Source of the DNA: a virus
Lineage: Duplodnaviria; Caudoviricetes
Reading direction: 5' to 3' (one strand)
Virus record (IMG/VR): IMGVR_UViG_3300022309_000002
Location: 1-43,909 of that record
Length of the DNA stretch: 43,909 nucleotides
Under the pieces are notes generated by a model. That model had not been told where the DNA came from, made no database searches, and saw only the letters and a list, made by a program, of their open reading frames with translations. The translations under genes and the position numbers were made by a program. This document shows positions 42,744-43,909 of the stretch, piece after piece (the stretch's first letter is position 1; each line of letters starts with the position of its first letter).

Positions 42744-43909
42744 CATGATCCGCCGCACCATCGCCAGCTGGATCAGCCCCGCAAAGGCGGGTCTTCCCGC
42801 TCGGCAACAGCGGATGTATGCCGTGGGGCGTCCTGGCCGCACCACCGCCGGATGGGGCATCTCCACCACCAGCGAGGACGCGGAATTACAAACCAGCCTC
42901 CGCACGGCGAGGAATCGCTCGCGGGCGCTCATTCGCGATGCCGCCTACGCCAAGCGGGCGAAAGCCATCGTGCAGAATAACGTCATCGGGTCCGGCATCA
43001 ACGTGCAAGCGAAAGTGAAGAACTCACGGGGTCAGTTCAGCGATCGGATCAATGACGACATCGAAGCGCAATGGGCGCACTGGAGCAAGAAAGAGCATTG
43101 CCATATAGGCCGCGCCCTCAGCTTTGCCACGTTTGAACGCCTCTGCGTTGGACAAGTGTTTGAAGCCGGGGAAATCTTCATCCGCAAGCATTTGGGCGCC
43201 ATGCCTGGCTCGCGCGTGCCGTTGTCGTTGGAAGTGATCGAGCCGGAGCGCATTGCCGACGAATACAGCCCCTCACCGGGCGATCCGTCCAACACCGTCC
43301 GCCTCGGGGTGGAAGTTGATCGATATGGCGCCGCCGTGGCCTACTTCATTCGGTCGCTCCATCCTGGCGACGTGTCGTTGATGGCTATCTCGCAGGATCG
43401 CGTGGAGCGTGTACCGGCGGATCAAATGATCCACCTCAGGCTCATCGACCGCTGGCCACAGACCCGTGCTATTCCCTGGATGCACGCCGCCGCGCGGAAG
43501 CTGAACGATATGGACGGCCTCACAGAGGCAGAGATTACTGCCGCGCGGGCCTCGGCCTGCTACATGGGATTCGTGCAGCCGCCGGCAGATCATCAATCCT
43601 CGTTTGACGGCGAACCGCAAGCCGACGGCTCCGTACAGGAAGAGCTCGAACCGGCGGTGATTCACAAGTTGAATCCTGGCGAAACATTTGAATCATTTTC
43701 GCCGAATCGGCCGAATAGCCAACTTGATCCATTCATGCGGATGATGCTGCGCGAAGTCGCCGCCGGAGTCGGCTGTAGCTACGAAAGTATTTCACGGGAC
43801 TATTCGCAGAGCAACTATTCCAGCTCGCGCCTTGCCCTACTGGACGATCGCGACGTGTGGCGTGTGTTGCAAAAGTGGTTTATCGAGTCATGCCGAGAGG
43901 AGATTCATC
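42736..43909 (+). CDS. Portal protein, lambda family, N-terminal part (about 536 aa in total with 1-564)
   Basis: RNRSRALIRD...NNVIGSGI...GVEVDRYG...QTRAIPW; the frame is open to the window end. Confidence 0.93.
   Translation, partial: MFDMIRRTIASWISPAKAGLPARQQRMYAVGRPGRTTAGWGISTTSEDAELQTSLRTARNRSRALIRDAAYAKRAKAIVQNNVIGSGINVQAKVKNSRGQFSDRINDDIEAQWAHWSKKEHCHIGRALSFATFERLCVGQVFEAGEIFIRKHLGAMPGSRVPLSLEVIEPERIADEYSPSPGDPSNTVRLGVEVDRYGAAVAYFIRSLHPGDVSLMAISQDRVERVPADQMIHLRLIDRWPQTRAIPWMHAAARKLNDMDGLTEAEITAARASACYMGFVQPPADHQSSFDGEPQADGSVQEELEPAVIHKLNPGETFESFSPNRPNSQLDPFMRMMLREVAAGVGCSYESISRDYSQSNYSSSRLALLDDRDVWRVLQKWFIESCREEIH
43783..43909. repeat. Terminal direct repeat, identical to 1-127
   Basis: Exact match. 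Confidence 0.97.

Overview
The window is a complete, circularly permuted ~43.8-kb siphovirus-type phage genome. Bases 1-127 repeat exactly at 43783-43909, giving a 43,782-bp circle, and the portal gene runs across the junction. All credible genes lie on the + strand. Gene order: lambda-type cos, TerS, TerL, an Xis/MerR-like HTH gene, gpW-like adaptor, portal, HK97-type protease-capsid fusion, neck genes, accessory structural cassette 1, tail tube and frameshifting chaperone, accessory cassette 2, tape measure and lambda-like tail tip, lysis, early genes (Bet, two DNA methyltransferases), primase-helicase with an adjacent iteron origin, and an HNH gene. I recognised no integrase or CI-type repressor. 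A Nitrospira-like host is a tentative inference. Best leads: (1) a C5-methyltransferase whose second frame encodes both a motif-IX subunit and a nested HNH endonuclease; (2) five Sec-signal, Cys-containing adhesin-like proteins inside the virion module, beside a 15x20-aa repeat protein; (3) an HTH protein ending in a copy of the TerL C-terminal motif, next to four 10-bp direct repeats abutting a candidate late promoter; (4) a sigma54-type early promoter whose predicted start site would open an SD-sequestering hairpin; (5) a kissing-loop/terminator RNA before the replication genes. All family assignments come from motif recognition by eye; no database search was run.
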